Source: Macrostomum lignano (lineage: Eukaryota). Taken from it: DNA of 64,000 bases. Shown in pieces: positions 48,701-61,322 of the stretch. The translations under genes were made by a program, and so were the position numbers. The stretch spans positions 263 to 64,262 of the forward strand of contig NIVC01002411.1 of assembly GCA_002269645.1 (NCBI GenBank), read 5' to 3'. Position 1 is the stretch's first letter; each line of letters opens with the position of its first letter. The notes below the pieces were generated by a model. The model had not been told where the DNA came from. It saw only the letters and a program-made list of their open reading frames with translations, and ran no database searches.

Positions 48701-50178
48701 AACTGATCTAGGACTAGAATTAGCATTCACAATGCTAGTTGAATTGAGATTATCAGCATCATCCAAATTGTCAGTTGACAAACTTGCTATAATCAATGGT
48801 GCTGGATTAGTAGCAGCTTTTTTGGCTGCTCTTTCGGTTCGTTTTCGTAGCCAATCTTTCTTTTGATGATGACGTTTTTCTCTGGCAGACATGTTTGTCT
48901 TCTTTCTTTCACTATATTGCTTAGTTGCAGCTGCCTTTCTAGCATTAAAGGCAATAGGGTTCTCTGCCTTTTGCTTTTCAACATAGCATTTATCTTGAGC
49001 TTTTTTGAGTTCGCGATTAACCATAGTAGCACAGGTTTAAGACTTGAAGTCTGCAATAAAAAAAGAAACAATATGTTTAAAATAAAATATCGTTAATTAG
49101 CTAACATATTTAATTGACATTTCAAAACTCTTGAAGCATACTAAAGCTCTTAATATAATTTTACTTTGAATATACATTAGTTTGTGGCTATTAATATTAA
49201 AATTTATAAGCATGTTAATACAAATATTCTAAAAATAATATACTATAAAATATTAATAATAAATTTAAATCTTAAAATGATTTTGAGCCTAACAATAGAC
49301 AAAACAAATAATTAAAACAATAAAGTGCCTATTTTATATTTTAGAGAGTCACTAAAGATTCATTTGGTTTTCTGATCTTTAGAGCTGAAAAGCTTCATGT
49401 ATTTTCAAAAAGAATAGATACTTGATGATTTAAAATTATTTAAAGATACATTAAAATAGTTAAAATACCTTATAAGTCAATTTATTAGCTTGCAAAGCTA
49501 ATTAATTCACTCATTTATGCTCTTTGTCCACTCACCAACGTTACTTGTCCACTTACCGACGTCACTTGTCCACTATCGATGCCATTGGTAAGTGGACATT
49601 TTGTGCTATTAGAGTATAACTCAAAAAATGTTTTTGCAATGTACAGACATGAACAACTTTATCAATGTCTAAGAGATTACATGACAATATGAGTACAAAA
49701 GAAATGTTAAAATATATAATAATGCAAATACAACCAACTTACCAAAATTAAATTCAAGGCATCAATCAGTGGACAATATAGGCATTGATAAATGGACAAT
49801 GAAATTGGGAGACACACATTTTTCTTGAAAATCAATATGGCTGACACGTTTTAAATATTATTAAGTAGTAAAACAACTTTACTTGAATAAAAGGAAAAAA
49901 ATGACACCAAAATAGAGTATCCCCATTAAGTACTAGTAAAATTATAGTTATTTAAAAGGAAGGTGCTTCAAAAAAGACATTCGTTTTGTTGAATTTTTCC
50001 GAACTTTTTTACAAAATAAACCTTTGCGTTTCATCTTACCAATCTATTTTATGATGTTTTACATAGAAATTAGTTATCTAATCATCTTTTTATTGTAATG
50101 ATGCTGCAACAATTCTCTGTTTGCTGAAAATTTTAGCAAGACACAAAAAATTTTCTGTATTCATTTTTGGATTCACCC
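45718..50178 (-). mobile_element. Decayed ~4.5-kb cut-and-paste DNA transposon, probably Sola-type
   Basis: Fragmented transposase on the minus strand (ORFs 48602-49024, 48111-48437, 47797-48021, 47372-47596, 46896-47372, 46498-46689) with SDSPSSQYRN...WLFSEAGHGKGAPDRVGAAIKR. Imperfect TIRs GGTTGAATCCAAAAAATGATACAGAA / TTCTGTATTCATTTTTGGATTCACCC. Inverted subterminal 21-bp repeats (~45900-46030 vs ~49525-49570). Confidence 0.8.
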
Positions 50179-50604
50179 TTATATGCTTTTGAAAAATGAT
50201 ATGAACAAAATGGATAGATCAATGACAAAGTTTATTAAGCTTCTTATAATGCTTACTAATAGACTAAAATTGTCATTATTATTGTATTATATTTGGGTTT
50301 TTCCTATAAAAGCATATCTTTATCCAAATATAAATATATACGAGTAAACATAGACTATTGACAAAAAAGTTATAATATGAGTGTATCATCCACTAAAGAT
50401 ACTTTAGGGGAAGGGTATTTATTTTTCAATCAAAATGTTATGATTTTATATCTCTACTAGAATTTTGTGTCCCCTATTGAAGCAAATCTAAAGAGCACTA
50501 ATTGCCTTATTTGACAGGTGTATAAGCATGCAGGCAAACTTTTATCTTAGGCATGTAGCTATATAGGATCATAGGAATACAGTTTCATTACAAACCTAAG
50601 CTTT

Positions 50605-51655
50605 CCCGTTGGATTTTGAGTTTTTAAAGTAGGTAGGCATGAAAGGTGAAGAGTTTTGCACCTTCTGCCTGACTTTCGCCTCTCTTATGCCTATTTTGTG
50701 CCACTTGTGCACCTTTTGTTCACCTGAGTGCCTCTGCAGGGTCAGAAGGTGAATTTAAGGCACGAACTAGGCGGTAGGGGCACAGGTGTCGTAGGGGATT
50801 TAGGTGCATAAAAAGTGTACAGTGTGCACTGGAGGCACGAAAGGTGAATAAAAGGTGCACAGTGGGCACTTTAAGCGTAGAGGCAATGCAAGGGGCGTTA
50901 AAGTTTCAACTGGCGAAGTTCTTTGCTACCTTTTCTCACTATTCGAAATTTTTCCTCACTAATGCAAGCCTTTTCATCACTTTTCGGAACTTTTCCTGAG
51001 TATTTGAAAGTCATTAAAACTTATCAGTATAGGACATGTTTAGTTTCGTGGTTTGTCAGGATCAGGAAGGGGATAGCAGCGATTAGTAAAGGTGTAAATA
51101 AATCTATGTTCAATCGGTGCGTGCAATATACGAGTATGTAACTCTCAGTTAATTTTTTGTTACGAATTCTTAATGCGTTAATTCGTGCATAGGCATAAAA
51201 GGTGAGCGAGGTGCACAGAAGAGGCACTTTAGGGGTATATTTCGAGCGTGTTTTGGAAATGCACCTGTATACATATTTACGCCGCACATGTACACCTTAT
51301 ACACCTCTTATTCACCTTTCGTGCACTTTCTGCGCCCCTTCAGCACCTTTCCTACACCTGCTGTGCCTCACTTGTGAGCCTGCTGTTCACCTTTTGTGCA
51401 CCTCCAGTGCCCCTTACGCACCTTTACTGCCCCTACCGCCGCAACCAATCAAAATTGAGAATTCACCTACTGCCTGACCACTTCACCGATTTTACACCTT
51501 TCATGCCTCTTTTCAAAAATATTGGTGACATTTAGGCATAAAAGGTGCACTCAGGTGCATTTCCAAAACATGCACGAAATAGGCCACTAAGGTGCCTCTT
51601 TTGTGCACCTCGCTCACCTTTTATGCCTCTGCAGGTGCATAACTTTTCCAACGGG
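50605..51655. mobile_element. 1.05-kb non-autonomous foldback element, CACTA/EnSpm-like ends
   Basis: Termini CCCGTTGGA...TCCAACGGG flanked by TTT on both sides; many AGGTG/CACCT motifs; ~80-bp inverted copies at ~51191-51270 and ~51545-51625. Confidence 0.65.
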
Positions 51656-51965
51656 TTTATTCAGTTTTTGTTACTCCTTGAGTGGTCAAGAACAGGTTTT
51701 TATACAATTTGAATTTTAATGAATTTTCAAGTTGAGAAGTTTTAGGCATGTTTAAGCAGAAAGGCACATCAATTGATTTCCTTTTCTAAGAAATGCTATC
51801 TGCATAGACCAACATTTGCTTCAATAGTGTTTTGTATTTAGCATTGGTTATTAATTGTTTTTTGTTTTCTGTATTCATGATTGTATTATAGCATTCAGCA
51901 ATCGAACATTTGAAAGCACTAATAAGAATTCAAGCAGCATTGGCGGTTAATCTGTCAGCTGCACA

Positions 51966-54900
51966 ATGGAACTGCGACAAAAGGCTGCCCTAATGGCACT
52001 GAAGGGTGCGCTGGTTCGAGATGTCAATTTTCACGACATCGAAGATTCTCTGTTAAGCTTTGGTCTCATTTCCCCTGAGGAGAAGCAGATAATTAACAGA
52101 GCTGGAAGTACAGATAGACAGACTAGCACATTGGTGGATATTCTTGTGGACAAAAATGATGTGAGAACATTCGACTGTCTCATTTCAAGTCTAGAACCTA
52201 CTTACGATTTTCTGTCAAGGAGTTGGCTAATTTCCGTGAAAACCGCAAATTTATCTGACTAAGTCAACTAAAGATTACGAAGGCGTCTTCATCGAAGGTG
52301 GTATTCCTATCACTCCAGTGGGTAACATTGAGCTTAAGTACGTGGCAGAACTCAAGGAAAGCTTGGTAAAGCTATCGGTCCGCTCTGATGGGGGCTGGAT
52401 TCTCGTGAAAGGCCACGGCGGTGCTGGAAAGTCGGTAGTTGTTTCTCAAGCAATAAGAGGCAAGGCCTCTGACGGAAGTCCAATTGCCTCCTATTTTTTC
52501 AATCGAGTATTTTGGTTCACAATAGGCAACCTGCGCACCGACGAATTGGAGTCGATGCTCCTGGCTAAGATGCAGAACATTTGCATCCGTTTGGATCCTA
52601 CGCTGCGCGCGTCGCCTCCAACAAGCCTTGATGACGCAAAAAATTTGTTTCGCAAAATCATGCTAGAAAAGTACCCGTGCGGACTTATCGTTCTAGATGA
52701 CGTTTGGGAGCCAAAAATTTTGCGCTATTTCAATGTTCAAGCAAGAATCGTTGTTACATCAAGAAAGGCCGATATTTTCAGCAAAATTCAGCCTGGAGAT
52801 GCGCAGCGATGCATGAAAATCTCCGTTGATGAAGGTTTACCCGAAGAATTGACTTCTAAGCTTCTTACTAAGATTATCAACAGCGAAGTTTCACCTGGTC
52901 AAGTCTCTGATTCGTTCAACGATGAAGACATGGAGCGTGTTCGAAGGCTTCATTCCAAGTGCAAAGGAAATCCTTTTATTGTTTCCATCTTCGGTGGCCT
53001 TCTTCGTGGCCGACTCTCTCAATTCGAGAGATATTTGAAAAAGTTTAAAACTGATCTTTTTAAGAAAGTCGACTTAGAGCTGGGTGATTATGAGTATGGA
53101 AGCATCATAGATGCCATTCTAGTTAGTATTGACGATCTAGATGAAGAGCAAAAGGAACGGTATCTTCACTTGTCTATTTTTCCTGAGGACACTTTTTTAT
53201 CTGCGCGATTTCTTTCAACATATTGTTGGCGAGACGAAGATGGCAACCCACTGTCTGTGGATGACTCTTTAGATGTGATGGAAGGTTTGTTCGTCGTTCT
53301 ATTGCCACGATAGAGAAGTACCGGCCGAATGAAGAGCTCCTTACTCTTCATGACTTAATTGTGAGTGCTATGAAAAGTGAGTACAAAGAAAAACAAACGA
53401 GCTTCAACAATCAGTTTGTCGAAAGAGTGCTCAGCCATCGGGAAACGATGGGTAGTTGGATGGATGTTGACAGCAACGATCAAATACACTATTTGGCCTA
53501 CAATTTTGTCTACCACTTAGTCGGTTCTGATGCAGTTCTGCTAGACAGAAAGTTAAGTATCCTGCGTGACTTCGACTTTATTTCGTGGCTTTGCTGTCGG
53601 ATTGGTGCCGAGAACCTGACGTTTGTTTACCAGTATTCCATTAAGATCCTTATGATTGACGAGTCAGCAAGGAAAAGCTTGACAGACTTCGTCGAATTTT
53701 TCCGATCGCCGATTCTTCACATTCAGGCAACCAATTTGGCTACTAGGCGATCTGACTCGGCCGTGATTCAACTGGCTCTCACTCTACCAGATGAGAACTC
53801 TGTTCGCGAGTGTGCCGTGGAGGCTGCTAAAAAGCATAGACAGTTTTTCTGCTTTTACTATTGGCTTAATGTCGACCAGACGGAAGAGCAGATCTACAAT
53901 ACATTCAAAGTTGACAGCGATGTTTCTACATTCGCTCTAGATCGTGATTGTAAGCACGCTGTTGTTGCAAGCGATTCATCTGCAGTTGTTTTAGACCTAA
54001 AAACGGGTTTACGCAACTTCCGTGTCCGCAAAGAGGACATGGCCTGCAGCAGTGCTCGAGGCGATGCACAGGACAGCATTCAAATTGTTTCTGCTCTCTT
54101 CAGTCCTGACAATCAGTCACTGTTAGTCCTGACTGAATTCGCATTGTTTCGCTTCAAACTGCCTCCTAGTGCTTTTGAAGTGGGTATTCGACCTTCCCCA
54201 GCTGCGCCTTTACCTTCTGAAAAGGGGAGCTTGCATTTTCCTCAAGGCCGGCCCAGATCTGGCACAACTGAAAAATCCCCGCTAGAACTCACTCCAAACA
54301 AACCGGTCTACAAAGAGGAGGACAAGAGAATTCTTTTTTTACTGCCATGTGCTTTGAGTCGGACGCCAAGCTTCTGGTTGGAAGCAGTGACGGAAATATC
54401 AAGGTGTTTACCTTGGCTGATCGAGTGACCAACCTAAGCTCCGAATTCGACATAGATCAGAATATTCCAGCAGGCGCACAGTCCCAGATTAACCACATTG
54501 CAGCTTCACAATCAATGTATTCAACTTCAATTGCCGTCTCTGGTCCAAATGACTGTGTTTACGTCTACAAAAGTCGTTTTGACATTAAGAAGTACTCGGG
54601 ACACACTAAGAATTCGAATCCCATTCGCTGCGCTTTTGAGCCACGTCCTGAGCCGCGATTTGCGCATCGATTGCAAACAACGAAATTCATCTTTGGCACC
54701 CGAAACTCAACAAATGTTAGTCCGTGAATTTGGACCAAAGAGCACATCCTTTACGAGCATTGCAATCAGTAGTGAAGGTGTTTATATAGCTGTTGGCACT
54801 AGCACACGAGCGCACATTTATCTCTACAGGGTGGAGAATCTGACTGAGTCATCCTGCAGGCTGCAGCTAGTAGACGAGTTAAATGGCTCAGGTAGCATTA

Positions 54901-56283
54901 CTAAGTGTCTGGCTTTTCAAACTTCGGAAAGTCATTCTTATATTCAATTTCCGAGATGTCAACCGAAGGTGTTCTTACTTGCTGGCAGACCAGTCTCAGT
55001 ACCACACCTTTTTACGCTGATGATCAGCGTAGTAGCTCTATTTTTTTCGGACCGGAAAATGCTACTCTTCGACTGCGAACTGTGATTGATGCTGTCAATG
55101 TCAATGGCGAGATTGTTGTCGCTTGCCAATCAGTCCGAAGATCTCTGCTTATTCTTAAGTCAAGCGGCAATCACTTGCAAAATGACGAAAGCGGCAAGCT
55201 AAGTGGAAAAGAACACCCATTTTCAAAGGCCGCTGCTATTCGTATTGCTCCTACTGGAAACTACGCCGTCTTTACTTTCTCCAATGAAGTTGTTATCGCA
55301 AAAAGATTCAACGATGTCTGGACATTCGATTTCAAACCCATCAATGTTGAAATTGTTGACATTGTCTTTCTGCCCAACTGTCAAGGTTTCATCGGATCGA
55401 ACAGAAGCAACAAGCTTGTTGAGTTTCACGATTCTTTGTGCGTCAAACAAGTAGATTTGTCTCATAAGCAACTCTATTCTATTGATTCAGTTCAGCCACC
55501 TGCCAATGTCGCCGCTCTATTGTTGTTTGATCGTGGCTGGAACTACTTATTGCCCGATTCTCTGTGCGTCAATGAGAATTTCGGAGGCTCTATTGGCGAT
55601 CAACTTCAAGAAAGCCTACTGTGCTGTAACTTTTGTCCCGCTCTTAGTGGTTTCGTTGCCGGCGGAACAGACCTAGGCAATTTGATTCTCTGGAAGGTGG
55701 CAGCTGATAATACGGCTAGCATTTGGCAACGCGCAGCCGAATAGAGGATGAATCCCGCAATTGTTCACTGCGCTGCTTACAGTTTTCGCATCAGATTATC
55801 CAGGACTGTTACCTGTTGGCTGCCGCCTTTGACGACGATCGGTTCTCATTGTGGGCCCTACGAGATGGCCATCTGATCGATTTGGTAAATTGTCAGCCTG
55901 TGCAAATCGGCCTCCCACAGCAGCCAAGCAATATCGGCTGCATTGCTTGGACTATGCACACAGATGAGGATGGGACGCGTCACCACAAGCTAATCATAGC
56001 GTCAGACTGTGTGCACGTGTGCTGCCTGCCCGAGCAGGAAATCCTCGGCGCGGCGAGATTAGCGCCGCAGACACCAAACTTGAAGCTTGGCACGGTGTCC
56101 TTGTACTCGCGTCAGAGTGTCAGCAAAGTTCACGTGCTCAACAATGGCCAAGATCTGCTGTTTGTTGATAATTCTCACACCGTATTTTGGATGCGCACTT
56201 TGCACTCGGAAGATGGAGCTGGACCGGCTAGACAGGAGTGTTCGGTGCCATTGATTCCCTTCGGTGAATCCCAAGAAGTGTGA
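51966..56283 (+). CDS. APAF1: Apoptotic protease-activating factor 1 (CARD, NB-ARC, WD40), intronless, 8 apparent single-base frameshifts
   Basis: CARD (51966-52220); EGGIP, GHGGAGKS Walker A, LIVLDDVW Walker B, LHDL (MHD-like) and WD40 repeats. Adding one base at each of ~52217, 52240, 53287, 54335, 54664, 54702, 54908 and 55728 gives one 4326-nt ORF (1441 aa) with no nonsense codons. Confidence 0.9.
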
Positions 56284-58084
56284 CAGGTTTCAGTTGCATG
56301 AGTTATTAACTTTCTCGGTGGTATGCTATGCCGGGCCTTTGTATTACCCATGGCTGCATGTTTATTTTTGTTGAATACTCTCCCGCGCTATGCCTAACCA
56401 AATGTTGCCATTAAGTTGCTTAAAATTGATTGCGCGATTTGCTAATATGAAAATGAAATCTAATAAAAACGTTAGCGCATAAGAACAATGCTTGTAAATG
56501 AGATCTGGACGTTTGGAAATGTTGCCACTAATTAAGAGTTGTTAAACGGGGGTGGAGAGCTAGGCTCACCTCAGATCAGCTCAGGGAAGGGCTCTGTCGC
56601 GGGATCTATAACGGCAATTCCACCAGGGGCATAAATCCTGGGTAGCCAGGATTGGGGCTTAGGGGACTTGCCCTAGAAGTCAGCAGAGCTCAACTACTGA
56701 TGGGGACACCGAGGACCCTCCAGTAGAATCAGGTGGACGGATGCAAAGACGGCCCTCAGGCCACCCAACAACAACATAACAGCAACAAAGAGTAAAAGGA
56801 CGCCGGGCTCAGCCGGTTTTCCCCGATTCGGGACGGACCCTTCCCAGAACTATACTCAATCTACAGTCAGTGATGAGAGCAGAGACACAAAAGCAGGGAG
56901 ACAACCAGAGGAGACAGCAGGGGGACCAAGGGATCGGATGGAATACCAAATAGCAGAGATCTACTCCAAATTTTGGGTTGGCTCATGACCAAAGATAAAA
57001 CCAATAAAAGAAGGGGAGTTCGAGCATTCATTTTAAGACACTGCCAATCATATTCAATGCTTCTACTTTCGTCTATGGTCAAAACAGTCTATGGTGCTTG
57101 GCCATACACGCAGTTCAATTTAGACAAGTCATGCCAGCCGTGTAAATGGAACTGGAGAGGCCACCAGACTAAATCAATCTAGAATTGGCACTCCATGGTA
57201 CTGCAAAGAATCGGGGAGTCAGGCGTGGGGATGTCATATCTGATTGAGCACATGTGGTCTGACAGTTTAGTCACAGTCTGTGTCACAAAATAAACAACTT
57301 TTGTCTAATGGCTCTGAGTTTCAAGTCTGAATTGCAGTACACACGGTTTTGCCCATAGCCAATCGTCGAAGCATTGTGTCGACTATGATTGGCCGCTTCT
57401 TAAATATGCTTGAAAAAATATAAATGCTACATCATCCACTTTTAATTAAAAAAGTGTATTAATTTTACATGTATATTTTTATAAATCTTATTTAATGAAA
57501 TAATTTTAAATGGCGTGCAAATATTAACAGTTATTATAATCTACAGCGGTATTGTTGCGAACTAGTCTAATACGAGCTAAATCGATTTTCATTAACCCAG
57601 TGCAAAATCTGTTGATTGTTGATTCAGAATTGTTACGTACGCTGTTGCATTGCTCATTTTTTATACTAAAATTTTGCCAAAAATTTTACTCTCCCCCCCC
57701 CCCCTAATGCTGTTATTAAAATCTTTACTCACAAATAATCAATATTGCTTTGTTTTGCCTTTTTCACGTTTAATTAAATCTGTAGTGTCTGCTTCAGCAC
57801 TGTTTTTAATGCTTTAATTGTTATTGGCATATGAACTTTATAATTTTTTCCTAGCTTTTACTGTTGTCCCCCCGTATTGATTATTGTAGCGCTTCGATCA
57901 TTAACTATACTCATTCTGCGCGAATGACTGACTGGTGCCTAATAAAACAGTGCTAAAACATTTGAAATTAAATTGAGTCAATTTTACCGCTGGCTTCTTT
58001 AGTTATTCAAGAACTTCTTAACAAAAAATGCTAATTATTGCAGTAATGTTTTGAGTGCTTCATTTTTTGTGTGGGTAGACTTTA

Positions 58085-58890
58085 TGTAGATTTGTGTTAA
58101 TAGATTGTTTTAGATTTGTCGGTAGATTCTGTATAGATTACATATACGAGCGTATGTATATTCTTCTAAACTGTAGAATCATGTGAGTAGATCCTCCTGT
58201 AGATTGGATGTGGGTAGATCCTCCTGTAGATTGGATGTGGGTAGATCCTCCTGTAGATTGGATGTGGGTAGATCCTCCTGTAGATTGGATGTGGGTAGAT
58301 CCTCCTGTAGATTGGATGTGGGTAGATCCTCCTGTAGATTGGATGTGGGTAGATCCTCCTGTAGATTGGATGTGGGTAGATTCTCCTGTAGATTGGTTAT
58401 GGGTAGATTCTCCTGTAGAATGGATATGGGTAGATTCTCCTGTAGATTGGATATGAGTAGATTCTCCTATAGAATTGATATGGGTAGATTCTCCTATAGA
58501 ATGGATATGAGTAGATTCTCCTATAGAATGGATATGAGTAGATTCTCCTGTAGATTGGATGCGGGTAGATTCTCCTGTAGATTGGTTATGGGTAGATTCT
58601 CCTGTAGAATGGATATGGGTAGATTCTCCTGTAAATTGGAGGCGGGTAGATTTTCCTGTAGAATGGATATGGGTAGATTCTCCTGTAGAATGGATATGGG
58701 TAGATTCTCCTATAGAATGGATATGGGTAGATTCTCTTGTAGATTGGATGCGGGTAGATTCTCCTATAGAATGGATATGGGTAGATTCTCCTGTAGAATG
58801 GATATGGGTAGATTCTACTGTAGATTCGTATGGGCAGATTCTTCTGTAGATTAAATGAAGGTAGATTCTCATGTAGATTGGATGTGGGTA
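58085..58890. repeat. 27-bp minisatellite (GTAGATTCTCCTGTAGATTGGATATGG)n
   Basis: Direct tandem repetition; source of spurious ORFs 58138-58872. Confidence 0.95.
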
Positions 58891-59010
58891 GATTTCGCTG
58901 AGTAGGGATCGATATTATCGAGGCCTATTTCAGTCTATTGACATGGTTGGTAATGAAGCCCAGCCATTGCAATATTACTGATGCCTCAATCACAATCAGT
59001 TTCACTGCAG

Positions 59011-59251
59011 CGGAAGTGGCGGCGCTATCGCTCGCTGCCTGCGCCAGGCGCTGGCGTCAAATCATCCGCGCCGATGCAAATCAATAGTCAGGCGGCGTAT
59101 CGAGCGCGCCACTACGGAATTCGATTTGACCGCCGGTCGCCGGTCGACGTCGGCCAGGCAGCGGCTGTACGCCTGCGGCTGGCCGGTGACCGGCGCCCTG
59201 GGCATCGCCCGGTTCGCCCAGCCCACGCCAGGCAGGCCGCTGCGTGAACAG
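59011..59251 (+). CDS. RCC1L: RCC1-like (WBSCR16) exon 1; true start uncertain
   Basis: Frame reading RLYACGWPVTGALGIARF matches RCC1L (RVFVWGFSFSGALGVPSF); CAG|GTCGGT donor at 59252. No in-frame ATG; the start may be the ATG at 58953 with a frameshift, or an upstream exon. Confidence 0.65.
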
Positions 59252-59291
59252 GTCGGTTAAATCTCTGACTGCTGAACCCTGTCAGGTAGTA

Positions 59292-59925
59292 ATCCCTCCT
59301 GACACATACTGATCCCTTCTGACACATGCTGATCCCTCCTGACACATGCTGATCCCTTCCGACACATGCTGATCCCTCCTGACACATGCTGATCCCTCCT
59401 GACACATGCTGATCCCTTCTGACACATGCTGATCCCTCCTGACACATGCTGATCCCTCCTGACACATTTTGATCCCTCCAGACACATGCTGATCACTCCT
59501 GATACATGCTGATCCCTCCTGACACATGCTGATCCCTCCTGATACATGCTGATCCCTCCTGACACATGCTGATCACTCCTGATACATGCTGATCCCTCCT
59601 GACACATGCTGATCACTCCTGATACATGCTGATCCCTCCTGACACATGCTGATCCCTCCTGATACATGCTGATTCCTCCTGACACATGCTGATTCCTCCA
59701 GACACATGCTGATCCCTCCTGATTCATGCTGATCCCTCCTGACACATGTTGATTCCTTTCTGACACATGCTTATCCCTCCTGACACGTTGATTCCTTTCT
59801 GACACATGGAGATCCCATGACACATGCTGATCCCTCGTGACACATGCAGATCCCATGACACATGCTGATCCCTCCTGACACATGCAGATCCCATGACACA
59901 TGCTAATCCCTCCTGACAATTAGTA
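59292..59925. repeat. 20-bp intronic minisatellite (GACACATGCTGATCCCTCCT)n
   Basis: Direct tandem repetition in RCC1L intron 1. Confidence 0.95.
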
Positions 59926-60034
59926 ATGACTTTTGACATATATTAAGTCAGCTGGTTTTGTGTTAAATTTGAGCCTTCGAAAAACCCTGGTCGTTCTACT
60001 GACATTAGCTCCGCCCTCGCCACCCACCGCGCAG

Positions 60035-60774
60035 GTGCTGGCCCCGCCCGTCTAGCCGAATTGTCGTCTCGCGGCCTCAGCGTCGTAGATGGCGCCGCCG
60101 GCTACGGCTTCACCCTGCTGGCCTGCCGCCGCGGCGCCAACCGCGGCATCCTGATGGCCTGCGGCGCCAATAACGACGGCCAGTTGGGGCCGCTGCAAAC
60201 CAGAGTCTCCGACGGCGCCGACCCCGCCCAGGACATATTATTGTCGTCGTCATTAAACTCGTCGTCTTCAGGCGTCGCCAGGCACCGTCTGGTGCTCCGG
60301 CCGACTCAGGTCCGCCTTCCGGTGCACCCGGCCGAGCTGGCGTCCGGCCGGTACCGCCTGCTGCGCTTGTCGGCCGGCCGGGCGCACTCCCTGCTGGTGA
60401 CCAGTCACGGCGCCTACGCGTTCGGCAACAATGCCTTCGGACAGTGCGGCCGGCCGGCCGGCGGAGAATCCGCTGCCGTGGCCAGGCTGGCGCTGCCCTG
60501 CCCGCCCGAGTCTGTGCAGCGGCTGGTCTGCGGCCAGGACAGCACCTACCTGCTGACTGCCGACGGCCGAGTCTACAGCTGCGGCCTCGGCGCCGACGGC
60601 CAGCTCGGCTTGGGCGGCTTCGACAACTCCGACCGATTTCAGCTGGTTGACGTCGGTGCCCCGGTGGCCGATCTGGCCTGCCGAGCCGACACCGTGCTGG
60701 CGCTGGGCGAGGACGGCTGCGTCTACGGCTGGGGCAACTCCGAGTACGGACAGCTGGGCACCGATGCGCTGCAG
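60035..60774 (+). CDS. RCC1L: RCC1-like exon 2 (needs +1 C in the run at ~60042-60045)
   Basis: GCGCAG acceptor at 60033-60034; AAGYGFTLL, GANNDGQLG, SAGRAHSL, GNNAFGQCG, CGQDST, GLGADGQLG and WGNSEYGQL RCC1 repeats; CAG|GTCAGC donor at 60775. Confidence 0.9.
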
Positions 60775-60804
60775 GTCAGCTGTCTGGGAGTCTGACTGAC
60801 ACTG

Positions 60805-60887
60805 TGAGACAGACAGACGGACGGACAGACAGACAGACAGACACACAGACAGACGGACAGACAGACAGGCAGACAGACAGACAGATG

Positions 60888-60969
<82 letters not shown>

Positions 60970-60971
60970 TG

Positions 60972-61037
<66 letters not shown>

Positions 61038-61290
61038 TGGACAGACAGACAGACACACATACAGACAGACAGACACAGACGGACAGACACCAAGACAAAC
61101 ACTAAGAAAGACATCAAGACAGACACCAAGACAGACACTAAGACAGACACCAAGACAGACACAGACAGACACCAAGACAGACACCAAGACAGACACTAAG
61201 ACAGACACAGACAGGCACCAAGACAGACACCAAGACAGACACCAAGACAGACACTAAGACAGACACAGACAGACACTAAGACATTAAGTA
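60805..61290. repeat. (GACA)n microsatellite grading into GACACCAAGACA units
   Basis: Fills RCC1L intron 2. Confidence 0.97.
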
Positions 61291-61322
61291 ATGGCAACAA
61301 CAATGTAATCGCAATGCGGCAG

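Noticed and set aside
51966-56283. Programmed ribosomal frameshifting or RNA editing in APAF1
   Set aside because: Eight independent -1 events without slippery heptamers or downstream structures are better explained by consensus errors or decay.
56520-57250. Possible 5' remnant of a LINE (GC-rich leader, RRGVRAFIL resembling an APE motif)
   Set aside because: Frames are broken and the similarity is too weak to support without a profile search.
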